Assembly (NCBI GenBank): GCA_002633005.1 | Contig: NMRA01000779.1 | Span: 6,478-70,477, forward strand | Origin: Phoronis australis | Taxonomy: Eukaryota > Animalia > Phoronida | Direction: 5' to 3' | Length of the DNA: 64,000 bases | In this document: positions 13,401-25,795 of the stretch, piece by piece | How positions within the stretch are numbered: position 1 is the first letter of the stretch | How the letters are laid out: each line of letters opens with the position of its first letter | Program-made: the position numbers and the translations under genes | Notes under the pieces: generated by a model | What the model was told of the DNA's origin: nothing | The model's input: only the letters and a program-made list of their open reading frames with translations | Databases searched by the model: none

Positions 13401-16400
13401 ATGTAGTGATGGTTGGGGAGTATGAAACACAATAATATGTTAAATTAAAGTTTGTTTCTATTTGGGCGATTAACTAAACTATAAAAATATTTTTGATATC
13501 TGACAAATGAATGATTTCCCATACTAGCAATTTGACGTTTGTGGAAAAGCAAAATCTTATACCAACTGTCCTGCTCATGTCGGGATTGTAGGGTGATTGG
13601 TGATAAAGTTTTATTAGTTTCCAGGATTATAAACAATTTATTGTCCATTTATTTTGTTTCTCGTGATTATGGTGTTTTCAAGCTTTGCCTCAGCAGTTCT
13701 CTGGTAGCTCAAAATTTTGTGTCAAAGAAGATGTGGAATGGACCACTCGCTGTAAGTCAGCATCACATACATAAGATCACTGTGATTAGATTTAATCTGC
13801 TATTCTAAAACTCGTTGCAGACGTGTTCAAGCCCGCCATTGCCCACCGTGACTTCAACACACGTAACATTCTGGTAAAAGATGACCTCACATGTTGTATC
13901 ACTGACATGGGCTTTGCTACCAAGATCATGGGGTCAAAGTTCATCAAGAATGGCCAGGAAGAAATAGCTGAGCAGTCTTCACTTAATGATGTAGGTTTGG
14001 CATGGGAAGTGATATTATGAGTCTGGTTTTATGAGAGCTCCGATCTTTGTTTTAAGCTATCTAAACAGGACAAAATACAACTTCATATTTAGAGTATGCA
14101 GATTCTAGCATTATCTAGCATTTTGTTTCTTGCTATTGAAAAATAAAAATTCTCATTGCTAACTTAGGCATGATTTCTTTTTTGCTTCAGGTTGGCACGC
14201 TGCGCTACATGGCTCCCGAGGTGCTAGATGGCGCTGTGAACTTGCGTGACTGTGAATCCTCATTAAAGCAGATTGACGTATACTCTATGGGTCTAGTGTT
14301 GTGGGAGCTACTGATGAGGACCAAGGAGTTATTTCCAGGTCAGAGGTCATGTATGGACTAGTTAAGGGTGCATTCACTGAGCAAACATTTGAAACCCTAA
14401 GTAGTCTTGCCCAAGCTTGATTAAAATGTTCACATACCAAAATTATGAACTCTGTTTTATCTTAAAAGCGTTGCCAGCACCAGTTAGTCTAATACACATT
14501 CACTAGGACGTGAGGTAACCATGAGATCTCTGACATGAGGTAACCATCTGATCTCTGACATGAGGTAACCATCAGATCTCTGACGTGAGGTAACCATCAG
14601 ATCTCTGACGTGAGGTAACCATCAGATCTCTGACGTGAGGTAACCATCAGATCTCTGACGTGAGGTAACCATCAGATCTCTGACGTGAGGTAACCATCAG
14701 ATCTCTGACGTGAGGTAACCATCANNNNNNNNNNNNNNNNNNNNNNNNNNNNNNNNNNNNNNNNNCCTTTCAAGTTGCATTATCTCACTCTTTTTCTCTC
14801 CAGGCTCCGTCGTTCCTGAGTATTGTCTCCCCTTTCAAGCTGAGGTTGGCCTCCATCCTACCATAGATGAGATGCAACAACTGGTGTCTAAGAACAAACA
14901 GAGGCCCAGTCTACCCCGCATCTGTCATGCTGTCAACTCCACGCAGCCTCAACTGCAGGTTGGTGTCATGGCAACAGGCTTGATGCATTATGGCTACTCT
15001 CCATTTAGTCTTCTTGGAGTCTTTCACCGTGTACTGTCAAGTAGATATATGCAAATATTAAGAAAATAAAATAGTGACTCACCTCTTCCTAATGGCTCAC
15101 AGGCATTCATGTTTACAAGTGTGTGACATTGGAATTGGACACTAACAGTTAAGTGGAAGATTACTTGGTAACATGGGACACAACTATTTTTAGACATGCA
15201 CATGTGACTTGAGTATCAAGTTGAGCATTCATTGCAAGCTTTTAAAGGTGAAGGCAACCATTTTGCATGTCATTTTCAGTTAAAATAAGGTTCGTTGATT
15301 ATCCCAGACATGTTTTCCAGTTAAATACAGCTTTTCGTACTAATCTAACTCATTACTCGTCCACTACTCTTCAAGTGACGAGTGACGTTTAGGGAGTCAA
15401 GAATTTCACGCCATTTGTTTTCATATAGTCTGACTGTGTGAGCTGGCGAGTCAGTCATTGTTCTACCCTGGTAGTGATCAGTTTGGTCGTCGTTTGCTTT
15501 TTTATGAGTCAGTCAACATGCCGCACAGTTGCTGCATACCAGGATGTACTCATTGTCGTCTCGCATGTACTCTGGGTGTACCATTACATCACTTTCCGAA
15601 AGATTACACACTTCGCCGTACTTGGCTTATTCGTGAAAAGAACACAGCGTTACCCGTCCAGGCAACGAAAAAAGCAGTGGAGAATTACCGAGTGTGTGGC
15701 AAGCATTTTCCGTCGTCAGATTATGAAAGAGATATGTACCCTGAATTAATGAAAGTCCCTGCAAAACAATGCCTAAAGAAGGGTGCCATACCGTCAGTAC
15801 TGATTTCCGACAGTGCCCCGTCGCCACCCCCGAGAAGTGCATTTTTGAAGCGAGAAACCTTGTGAGCTGTGGCCACTATAGTGAGTGGAGGCTCTTCATC
15901 TACTGTCACTCGGGCCTCTGAACGTACCCCAGAGCGTGCAATGTCAAGAGCTAGCAGCACTTCGCCCTGTGCTGTTGTTGTAGCCCAGAGCCTGTAAGCA
16001 GCCCTGCAGCGATGTTGAGTAGTGGGAGTGAATACATGCCCAGTTTGACACCCAGGAGGAGGACAGTTCGTCGTCCAGTGAATAGGCTGGTGAGCCAAGT
16101 TTTTTTCGACTTGTATAAAAGATTGGAACTGTTTAGAAGGTGCGGGGTGTACGTACATGTGGCGAGGGAGTCACATGGTGGCATGTAAGCAGTTTGGGTG
16201 CTCAGGTCACCATCCAGTGTGAACAGCATAGGCATTCCATTGAGGTGGTCATTACAGTGCACACCGTTCATTTGCACCAAGACGTCCCACCAAGTCTGTC
16301 CTCAGTCTCTACCTTTTTCCTCTCAACAGATACCTGTGCCTGTGTGTACTCTGCCTCATTATACTTGGGCTCAAACATATACCCACCCATTGACTGTCCG

Positions 16401-19400
16401 TGAAAAGAATTCCTCGTCAACACTGCTATGAACAATGTCTCCGTCACTCACGCATGGGCAGTGCACCATAGGGGGCTGGGGGGATATAGCTCCCCACTTT
16501 CTTCAGTGCTACACTACCTGTGTCACGTCACTACGGTCACTGTGATGTGGGTCGCCGACTCCAGTCATTTTCAAGTTACTACAAACTAAACAATCCCTAA
16601 ATCCAACGTAATTGAGTTCTCTAGCAACTTAGCTTGTCGTAGAATACTCGTCGATGGGAAGTGGTGACTACAATTTTAGAAAAACTGCAGGAAAACAACA
16701 GTAGTACAGATCCTCACAGTGAACTCAAACGCAGAACCAAATTGGCGCGTAATTCTTGACTCTCTAAACGTCACTTCTGTAGTAGGCGACGAGTAATTAA
16801 TTGAATTACCAGAAGCTGTAATTAACTGAAAAATATGTTATAAATAATCAATGAACCTTATTTTTCTAAAAATGACTTGATAAAAGGTTGCCTTCACGTT
16901 TAATATTCTCCAGACTCAGGAATGCTTTGTTGTTAAAATTCTCTAAACCTATAACTGCCTGAGTGATAAAACTTGGCTCTCTTTAAGCAACTTCCATTGA
17001 AGAAATTAACTTTTCATTTAGACTGTTTACCACTCTAAAACATAAGTGGCAGATCACTATTGTTCGAGACAATGTTTGTTGCATCAATTGACCCGCCACA
17101 TGACCCGCTGTAGCAAGCCAACGTTTAGAACTAATATTGCTCTTCCGTCACAAATCTTCTCAATTTAACCAGGGAACAAATTAAGACCAATTTCACAATG
17201 TTAAAACAAAAGTTAGTTTGAGTGAAACATGTTGTGTTTATAACTGCTCTGAGAAAGGAATTTTACTAAAAAATAATATTCTTGGACCTGTCCAAGTGAA
17301 AGATTGCCAGACAGCCTGAATTATAAATGTTTTGTATGGTGTTTTGCTTTAATGGTTTTCGCATAATGTTTTCATTTGTTTTCATATAATGTTTTCGTAT
17401 GCTTTTGTATCTTGTTAGCTGTTGTCTTTATCTGTCTCAGGCTATTCGGGCTTTGAAAGAAACTGTTGAAGATTGTTGGGATCAAGATGGTGAGGCTAGA
17501 CTTACAGCCATGTGTGTCGAAGAAAGGATGAGTGAGATAGCCTCACTTTGGGATATGCGCCATAAAGGTGTGTTGGCACTGTTTTATGCCACCGGTCACT
17601 TGTGTCCAGCTGTGTTGTGTTGAGCCTCAGCTTACCAGGAGTGAGGAAGGAGGTGTAGAGCTTTCGTTGTTAACTCTTAGCTGACCATCATTAAAGTGCC
17701 AGTTGTTCTGGTACACAGTTTATAGATTATAATGGATGTCATTATTATGAATACAACTAATCAGTAAGTTGCATTCTATGCAAGAGTCCCAATAATTTCC
17801 ATGGTAGATGTAGAACACTTAAGGGATTCTAGCATCTGCCCTTCTACAAGAAGAGGCAGTGCGGCCTAGTGTGATAGGTGCCCGATTTCTTTACTCGAGG
17901 TCGTGGGTTCGAGTCCCACTGGGCCACACTGCTAGACCCTTGAGTCAGGTTTTTAGCTTAAATATGATGTGCACTGATTTCACCACAACCATAACACTTA
18001 TATGTATTACTCCAGATGTGCATATAATAATAATTAACATTTTTCATTTCTCATGACAGGTGTCACTCCCACTGCAATTAACCACACAATGAGTCAGCCA
18101 ACTGTGACCACAGATGTTGTCATATCAACTACTACAAACACCATTGAGGAGCCTGAGAGAATGGTGCCCTTGTGTCGAAGTATGAGCGACAGTGACGGAG
18201 CTGTTTTGGGTCAATATACCCGCTTACAACCTAGGCAACGCGAAAGCTTGTCAACAGTCACCGTGGAGACCATCCTGTCACCCAGTACCGATGGCAACGA
18301 TGTAGTACCAGCAGCAACCGTGAATGCCAACAAAAAAGAGAATGTCAATCTGAAGTACGAGATGGCCCAGAAAGCAATTCAGCCGCATCAGGGGCGCAAC
18401 CCTACAGTGGAGAGGAATACACACAGGGGGAGTGAGGAGGAGTTGGCTGTGTTCGACAACACGCTGATGGATGCCAAGATGGCTGCCAAACAGCAGGCAG
18501 AGCGGGAGAGACAACGAGAGCAGTTGGTGCATGAGCAGGAGGCAGAGGAGCAAAGAGATGGGAGTCACAGGAACATGCGTGGGGCTGAGGGGGGGCTGGC
18601 TGAACCCGTCAATGTCTTCCGGAATACGCCTATACCGTATGTACAGAACCGGGTGCACGAACCCAGTGTAGCAGTTGTGCGACCCAAGGTGTCTAATGTT
18701 CCAGGTAATGGTTCTCANCAGGGGCGCAACCCTACAGTGGAGAGGAATACACACAAGGGGAGTGAGGAGGAGTTGGCTGTGTTCGACAACACGCTGATGG
18801 ACGCCAAGATGGCTGCCAAACAGCAGGCAGAGCGGGAGAGACAACGAGAGCAGTTGGTGCATGAGCAGGAGGCAGAGGAGCAAAGAGATGGGAGTCACAG
18901 GAACATGCGTGGGGCTGAGGGGGGGCTGGCTGAACCCGTCAATGTCTTCCGGAATACGCCTATACCGTATGTACAGAACCGGGTGCACGAACCCAGTGTA
19001 GCAGTTGTGCGACCCAAGGTGTCTAATGTTCCAGGTAATGGTTCTCACCATGCAGAGGAAGAGTCATGTTATGGTAAGCCACAGAACACAGACAAGAGTA
19101 AGAAACACAAGGACAAGCGGGGTATCATGGGTATGTTGTCCAAGAACCTTAAATCATTTGGCAATCATTTTCATAGTGGCAGTTTGGATGACATGACATC
19201 GTCAGCTACTCATCACTATGATGTTGAGTCAGGAACTGGTGCAAAATGTAGTGTTGCTCCTGAAGAACGGAGACCTCTATTAACTGAGGTCTGTGTTGTG
19301 AATGGTTCCCCTGTGGTTAGACCAGCCACGTTTGCTGTCAATCACATCGCAGTAACAGGGGAGTCAAAGTTAGGAATAGCTGAAGTAGGCGTGGCTAAGC

Positions 19401-19786
19401 TACAGCCCGCCCACCAGCCTGATAGTTTGCCATTCAGGGTCAAAGAGCGCAATAACAGGGCTCAGAGTGAAACTGATCTCAGCCCGTCTGGTGCTGAGAA
19501 AGCTGTACGTCCAAATTCGCTTCGTCTAAGGGGACATAACTACCGTTCTGATCCTCAGCTAAATCGCAGTGACCAGAATTCAATGCAGTGTCAAGAGAGA
19601 GGTCAGCGTGGACAGAAAGCAGTTCAGAATCGTGGTGTGCGAAGACTGCCTGTCCATGGCTCATCACTGTCTGTGGAGTCAAACTCTAATAATGGACTCA
19701 ACCGGAACAGGGGAGGACAGCATGCTAACAGCAACTCACATGGAACCGAAATGAACCTGTTGAATGTTACTGAGCCCGCCTTTTGA
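4433..19786 (+). CDS. BMPR2: Bone morphogenetic protein receptor type II (BMPR2/wishful thinking-like), 5'-partial, spliced
   Basis: Phase-consistent GT-AG exons: 4433-4600 (ectodomain Cys box CW...[14 protein letters not shown]), 7825-8053 ([25 protein letters not shown], start of kinase), 12893-13221 (YGEVWKG, VAVK; alternative acceptor at 12833), 13821-13990 ([16 protein letters not shown]), 14191-14338 ([23 protein letters not shown]), 14804-14958, 17441-17567 ([14 protein letters not shown]), 18060-19786 (long C-terminal tail typical of BMPR2/Wit). The first exons were not found in the window. Confidence 0.93.
6161..7600 (-). mobile_element. Kolobok-type non-autonomous DNA transposon, copy 1 (decayed THAP and KolX-like remnants)
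   Basis: Reverse-complement homologue of 15246-16899. TIR AGGGAAGGCAACC...; frameshifted THAP on the - strand (HRFPKD...W...YRACGKHF...RLKKG); YMFEPE...[15 protein letters not shown] on the + strand. Confidence 0.8.
8165..12599. mobile_element. 4.4-kb TA-flanked TIR DNA element (Tc1/mariner-pogo-type ends), no intact transposase
   Basis: Perfect 25-bp TIRs CGGTAAAGTCGCGCGATTTTCGGAC / GTCCGAAAATCGCGCGACTTTACCG with TA on both sides (8163-8164, 12600-12601). It interrupts a short tandem repeat (TGTAAGGTGTCCCCTA.ACTCAATGA) that resumes after it. Confidence 0.85.
11701..12200. mobile_element. 500-bp MITE nested in the 4.4-kb element, hAT-like ends, 6-bp TSD
   Basis: TIR CAGGGCTTGGAAT / ATTCCAAGCCCTG; direct repeat CTACGG at 11695-11700 and 12201-12206. 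Confidence 0.85.
12803..12922 (+). repeat. 60-bp tandem duplication spanning a BMPR2 splice acceptor
   Basis: 12803-12862 and 12863-12922 differ at about 3 positions; both contain TTTTGTTCAG|ATATGGCGAGG. Confidence 0.95.
14508..14724. repeat. 25-bp minisatellite running into an assembly gap
   Basis: Repeated unit TGACGTGAGGTAACCATCAGATCTC. Confidence 0.93.
15246..16899 (+). mobile_element. Kolobok-type non-autonomous DNA transposon, copy 2
   Basis: TTAA TSD (15242-15245, 16900-16903) and long imperfect TIRs AGGTGAAGGCAACC / GGTTGCCTTCACGT. THAP ORF 15518-15865 (+); convergent KolX-like remnant GYMFEP...[25 protein letters not shown] (-). Confidence 0.88.
15518..15865 (+). pseudogene. THAP (C2CH zinc finger) N-terminus of a truncated transposase
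   Basis: [10 protein letters not shown]...LHHFPKD...RRTW...RVCGKHF...LKKGAIPS; stop codon before any DDE domain. Confidence 0.8.
17853..17960 (+). mobile_element. tRNA-derived SINE head
   Basis: A-box-like GCGGCCTAGTG and B-box GGTTCGAGTCCC followed by CCTTGAG...; no complete cloverleaf. Confidence 0.6.
18389..19047. other. 329-bp duplication joined by a single N (probable assembly/haplotype artefact) in the BMPR2 last exon
   Basis: 18389-18717 and 18719-19047 differ at 2 positions; N at 18718. Confidence 0.85.
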
Positions 19787-21044
19787 TTGGCTGATTTTAG
19801 AAGGAAAGCAAACATGAAAGCAATTGTTTTAGTGAAGTAGTTATTAATATGCATTTAGTGATGTTAGTTGGGCTGTGGGTCTTCTTTAAACGCGCATTGA
19901 AAGCATTTGGTATAATTGTGATACACCGATTGTAATGGCTTGTGATAATTGAACCATGTGAAGTTTCCCAGTGATTATGACTTTGTAAACTGGCATTCTT
20001 CCCAATGACCTTGACACTAGAACACACATGTCATGAAATGGTCTTAGTTGACCCTTTGTGTCTGTAGGTTCAACTATACTTCCACTTTGCTCTTAAGTAT
20101 TGCATTTTTTTAGTTCTGGCTAGTGTGTCTCAGATGACCAACAAGTGTGTGGTGAGGCATATCACCCTGGAGGTAGAGACATGTCACCCTGCAGGTAGAC
20201 GTCTTACTGCCGGTCACCGTTGAATAGCTAAGGAATAGTTCGTCAAAATGTTAAGTGAACTCAGTTGAATCAGTGCTAATCTGTTAATCATTGCATCAGG
20301 TGTATGTTAGCCACAGCTACATGGACAGTACTCTGTGTAGACACCTCTTTACAGTACTTAGTCTGAGCTGTTTGTTGACAGTTCAGACTTAAATGAATGT
20401 CTTACCTGTCGCAGGACACAGTTCTGGCACACAGTGAATATTGACATTTTTACAATTAGGAGTTTGCTCAATATCAATCGTCAACGCGACCTGTTGGCTG
20501 GATATATTTTCATTGGTTGGTATCATTCTACTTTAGATCACAGGTATCCCACAATGCATTGCAATGTGATAAATCTGTCTTGTAGTGTCAATAGGGGTGT
20601 TTTAAATAGGTTAGAAACTGGTTCTTAACAATTTTTCGAACATGTTGTCTTGAAGTTGATGGGATATAGTGCGCTATGCTTTGTTTCTCAACTTCAAGTA
20701 TATTATGATTCTGTAAGTCTAGACTGGTTTGCACAGGATGTAACTGGTGACACCTTTGGTGCTTTTTGGTTAGCAGTGTATGTCCAGTGTTCATTTTAAC
20801 TATGTTGTAGATGAATGTTAGAATTTAATGTGTAAGTTTCAAAAATCTGTTGACACTGTTAGTATCAGTGTATGTTGATAGGTGGTGTTACTGAATGGTG
20901 CCAAATGTACACTTAATGGTTTTAAATGATTCTTCCCATGATGGTGTCCTTTGTGTAACAGTTAGTATTGATTGAATGCTACAGGTGGCGCTAAGTACGT
21001 GATTGTACCTGGTGTGATCTGGTGTAGCACGTTCATGCATCTTG

Positions 21045-21232
21045 TGTGTTCTGTTGGAGGTACACAGTGGTAAATCTGGTTACCATGCCAGGGTTCTGTT
21101 GGAGGTACAGAGTGGTAAATCTGGTTACCATTCGAGGGTTCTGTTGGAGGTACACAGTGGTAAATCTGGTTACCATGCCAGGGTTCTGTTGGAGGTACAG
21201 AGTGGTAAATCTGGTTATCATTCGAGGGTTCT
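21045..21232. repeat. 45-bp tandem repeat with alternating A/B units, followed by an N-joined duplication (21218-21435)
   Basis: GGGTTCTGTTGGAGGTACA(C/G)AGTGGTAAATCTGGTTACCAT(GCCA/TCGA); N at 21327. Confidence 0.85.
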
Positions 21233-23096
21233 GTAGATGCGAGAAAATTGCGAAAACAAGTGGCCACGGAAGACTTCGTAAAACCTCTCCATGTTTTACA
21301 AGCAAAGCATGTGGTCACGCTTGCTTNCATTCGAGGGTTCTGTAGATGCGAGAACATTGCGAAAACAAGTGGCCACGGAAGACTTTGTAAAACCTCTCCA
21401 TGTTTTACAAGCAGAGCATGTGGTCACGCTTGCTTCCTTCGTGAAGTTCCAGCATTTCCAGAACTCGGCCATCTCGTTACTGAGCCCTCCTTCATTGAGA
21501 GGTCAAAGTTGAAAACTAAATGTTGACGAAGTTGGGAACCAGTTTCCACAGTTGTGTAGTTAGTAGAAGATTTGGCAATGAATCTGCAATTGGGGGTATT
21601 AATTATCATATTATTGCCACTTTCCCAACTGGGTGACTGCTGCCTTCCCTAGTCAGATGAGCCATGGGCGGGGTAGATGGACATCGTGGCCAGGAAGTCG
21701 CGGCTTGATCTATATGTAGTTTTTCCATACATCCTGTATGCATGTTAGGCACAGACCAATTAATAACTATCCATACCTTTGCCACTGTCTATATTTGACA
21801 GGCATCGCAACAAAACCACAAATCACGCTGGAGCTGCCTGCTTGCAGGCGCGTGCGTTGGTAGCTACAGCTCACGTGGCGGTCAAGCCAATACAGATAAA
21901 AAAGTGTCAATTTTATCACAATTTTCCATGGAAATTCTTCTCATCGAAGGTTTCCATTTTCATCGTTATCCGGTCATATCTTTTATCGCTAAACAGTCTT
22001 ATCTGAGTTTTTAAACTTATACTTCTATACAGTACCGAGAACTGATGTTTTCATATGATACTGAGAACATTGGATGGAGTTTTGTTTTTAGTAAAGCTCT
22101 GTTCACTTCATGAACACTACTCAATATTTGGTGCGCGATTGTCTCTGTATCGTTTAACCATGCATGCTGTAATTGCCGAATATATGGCTATTATGTAACA
22201 TGTAGCTGGTCAGTGTCATATGTTAACTGCTCTGCACTCTTCACATATTGTGCTTCTTCATCATTATATTTGTACCGTAGTTTCCTTGTGCCTGTGTTGT
22301 ACTCGTATATTTGTACCGTAGTTTCATTGTGCCTGTGTTTAACACCATATGTTTTTATTGTCTGCAATAAAATTGCATCGTACGTACTTCACTGCTCTAT
22401 CAGATGTCATCAAACGATTTAGGCCAAAAAGCGCAAATAGTTCCGAGCAATTGGAGTACTACCTGTATGTTTATTTGGATTGGATAGGATACGATCATGT
22501 AGTAAACAGTAATCACTTGGCAGGGCTGTAACGGGGATTTTTCCGCCAGGAGGCGCACGGCTCCTTGACGTGCCCCTCAGACGGCGGGCGGGGTTTTGTA
22601 GGCTACGTTTCATTGGAAAGGGTGCCTTACTGAACTTAGACCAGCTTTTGAATCGGATAGAAAAGCCGGACCTGTTGCAACAGAATTATACAGAAGGATT
22701 TTAGTAAATTGTCCAGGTACTTGAATAGCATGTTCAGTACCGGTGATGAAGTGTCGTAGACAGTTTTAACCCCCCACGAACTAGTGTTATGGGAATTAGA
22801 TATCTGATCCGTTTTAAACGTGCTTATTCTGTTAATGGTTGATGTGTCTTTCCCACTCTTAACGGGGTCCAAATTTCTCTGAGCAGCTTGCTAGGTTTGT
22901 GTCACGTACGGGCGGGCGTAGACTGTAGTTCCATATGGCAGACACAACAAACTTTTCTGGCTGATGATTGGTCATCATCACGCCTAGCAAGGCAAGGAAG
23001 GCTGCCTCCCTGGCAACCAGATGCATGTGTAGACTAGACTAGTTTCCGTTAATTAACGGCAGCACATTTATTACTTCGTACTGTCACGGTCCGCCT

Positions 23097-23147
23097 GAGA
23101 GAGAGAGGGAGGGAGGGAGAGCGGAGAGAGAGAGAGAGGAGAGAGAG
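23097..23147. repeat. GA-rich microsatellite
   Basis: (GA)n/(GGGA)n tract. Confidence 0.85.
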
Positions 23148-23963
23148 GGGGTCTTCTTCAGGCTCATTCACTACACGGAAGTCCCTGTTACAGGAAATTA
23201 TTGGTGTTCACAAAAACATCGATGCCTCTCACAGTGCAGGGACCGCTGGTCCTCATGTGATAAGACAACGGACAAGCAATATTGTACCATAGTGAATTAG
23301 TGAAGGAACTCCATTATAGCAGAGTGGATAATTTTACAGAAAATCAGTACGCTTAATGTCTCGTGTTTTGAGTCAAACCAGGACCACCAGAACGACGACT
23401 GGGCGGGTTACGTAGGCAGTCGCCAAGGCGTAGTATAGTTGTCTGGCAAATTTTTATCCATTTTCCATTTGCGTAGGCTTGAAAAATAATATCGCCTATG
23501 GACATTATAACAACAGATACATGAATTTACGAGTATGAAGCACTGACGTCATTCTGGTGTCAAATTCATCATCCCGGTTTGCCAACCGAACCGAGCGATC
23601 CCTCTGAGTGAAGGAAACGTGCATCTGAATTGGCCTACCACGTCTGCACCTGCTGCTGTAAGTCCTGTCAACCAAGTTTTACCACTCACTGTAGTTACAG
23701 TACGTTATCAAATTGTGCGTCATGCAGTGTGTAGTAATTCCGGCTTCGCCTAATTCAGACGACAGGTTCTAGCCAGTTAAAGAGGCGATCACCAAACACC
23801 GTTTTGATGATTTCGACAATCCTATCACTTGCTATTGGCGTCAACCTTGCAACTTAAGACAGCAAGGCCGCGACTAAGATGCGTAGGTCATGCTCGCAGG
23901 TTTAATTAATAGACTTGAAAGGAGTTTTCCAATTTTTTTAGCCGAACTGTTCAGGGCTGTCAA

Positions 23964-24112
23964 CAGTGCTGTAGCGGTAAAATTAGAGGTAAGTCCACCG
24001 TATCACCTTGAGCACTGAACGTAACTTACGGTGCGTAGGCGCTATACGTTCAAAGAGTTGGCTGGGCCCGTTTACGTGCGCCTACGCGGCCCCACGCACG
24101 GTTACAGCACTG
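23964..24112. mobile_element. 149-bp hAT-type MITE, 8-bp TSD
   Basis: TIR CAGTGCTGTA / TACAGCACTG; TSD GCTGTCAA at 23956-23963 and 24113-24120. Confidence 0.88.
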
Positions 24113-24788
24113 GCTGTCAAGGGTTAATTACAGAGCATTATTTTGCTTTAGAGAACTGGATGGGAAAGTCGTTTAGTTAATAAGCCAAAACCGGGTTTGG
24201 TATCCAGTTAACTCGCCGCCCGAAGTCACGCCGTGAGGCGACGCCGCTCAAGTGACTGTGAGTGAGTTCACTGACTTGGTCCGAGTCAGCCATATGGCCG
24301 GTGAATATATTCATTTTATTTATAAATGACGTACCGTCATCGTTTAATTTAATGTCCGGAACCCAGTGCTCCTGGGCACATGGTCTATAGGCGGTGTACC
24401 ACACTGCAGCTGGGCTGTAGTGGGCTATCATCAAGCCCGGCCCCACTTTTCAGTCCGTCTGCGCGCCGCCCAGCTCAGTACTAGCTCAGTCATGCCGGCC
24501 GGGCGGAATGGCCTCGTCCTGTGGTAAAGTGGAATGTGCAGTTGACCAGAGTCCGCACTAGCGGGCTCGGTATCTCAGCAGTGAGTAGAACCGGCACGGG
24601 CCGCCGAGACGGCTGGCGCCGGCACGGCGGCCGCCCCACGCCGCCGCACTAAGGCAGGGCTGCCGCGGGCCGCCCGACAGTCAGCGGTCTCCGTGGAAGT
24701 TATGCGAGTTCAATTACTGTGTTTAGAATTTCTAGAATCTCTTCTGTAATGTAAAATAAGCTGGACATGAAGGAGGAATTGTCGTTTA

Positions 24789-24966
24789 CAGGGGCGGATC
24801 CCGCCAGGATTTTGAGTTGGGGGCCGGGGCCCGGCCCGGCGGCCAGAGTGGCATGATTAGCCAGGATTTTGCCCGTCAGATATTCGCACCCCCGTACTGC
24901 CAAATGGACTCTGGGAGAATTTTAGGGGGGCATGGCCCCCTTGGCCCCCCTCTAAATCCGCCACTG
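24789..24966. mobile_element. MITE with 5-bp TSD
   Basis: TIR CAGGGGCGGAT / ATCCGCCACTG; TSD GTTTA on both sides; related copy at about 45623-45787. Confidence 0.82.
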
Positions 24967-25087
24967 GTTTAGATAACGTTGGGCGTCTCAAGCAGCGGCG
25001 ACTCACCACCGTCCGGCTACAGTTGGTTGGAGTATTCACGGTGATCGTGAAGCGTGTCACCTATCGGGGATCTCCTTCTTCAGCATG

Positions 25088-25231
25088 TGACGTCATTGAC
25101 AAGATTGGCTCGCTGCTATTGGTTAACTATTTTTAGCAACAAACAGTGGTATATAATATATGGGGAGCCGATCGGATTCAATTGTGGATCAGAGCGACTG
25201 TGCCGGGAACCGTTGTGTAGATTATCTGAGG
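25088..25231 (+). promoter_or_regulatory. Putative RhoBTB core promoter and non-coding first exon
   Basis: CRE TGACGTCA 25088-25095; two ATTGG (reverse CCAAT) at 25104 and 25118; TATATAA at 25150; Inr-like TCAATT with A at 25180; donor G|GTAAGT at 25231/25232; acceptor 25781-25782 just before the ATG. Confidence 0.6.
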
Positions 25232-25795
25232 GTAAGTTTGATGATTCTGAAGAAAACTACGGTTATTTAGAATTCTGGGAAACGCTTCTCGCAGTCGGAG
25301 CTGATCAGCTGCCCATTGTCTCTTCTAATGCAGCGTACATGCAGTCTAGACAAAAAACGTACTCAGCTAGCTGATTAGTCATTTAGCTCTGCATGAATGA
25401 ACCAACATTCAGGCGTGAAACAATCTTGTCTTAGTTGCTACAAAAAAGCCCTTTCGGACGTCATGCCGTAGAACTCTCATTCAAAACAAGTTGTAACCAT
25501 TTTGATAACTATCGACCGGTACGTAGGTCCACTTAGAAGTATGGCAGTCACGCCCGGAGTATAGGGCCCAACTAGGCAAAGCTGCAGTGGGAGAAATTTA
25601 CTGACACCAGTTTAATATGGTCCACTATAGCTATTTAAACTGGATGCGTCATAAAAGTGAAGTATAGGCGCATTGCATTAGGGAATGGTTAAAAGACCAA
25701 CGCATTAAGTTGATCTCGGAAGAAGCATGTATTTATTGACTGGTTTGATACTCCAGCCGCATTGCGCCTTCTTTTGTTCCAGATAAACTACTGAG

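Noticed and set aside
14508-14724. CRISPR-like array of short partly palindromic repeats
   Set aside because: No spacers, eukaryotic intron, no cas genes; it is a plain minisatellite. The same applies to the other arrays.
17853-17960. tRNA gene
   Set aside because: A/B boxes are present but no proper acceptor stem; SINE-like continuation.
18389-19047. Apparent 110-aa internal repeat in the BMPR2 tail
   Set aside because: Joined by a single N with two differences; the same artefact pattern recurs elsewhere in the window.
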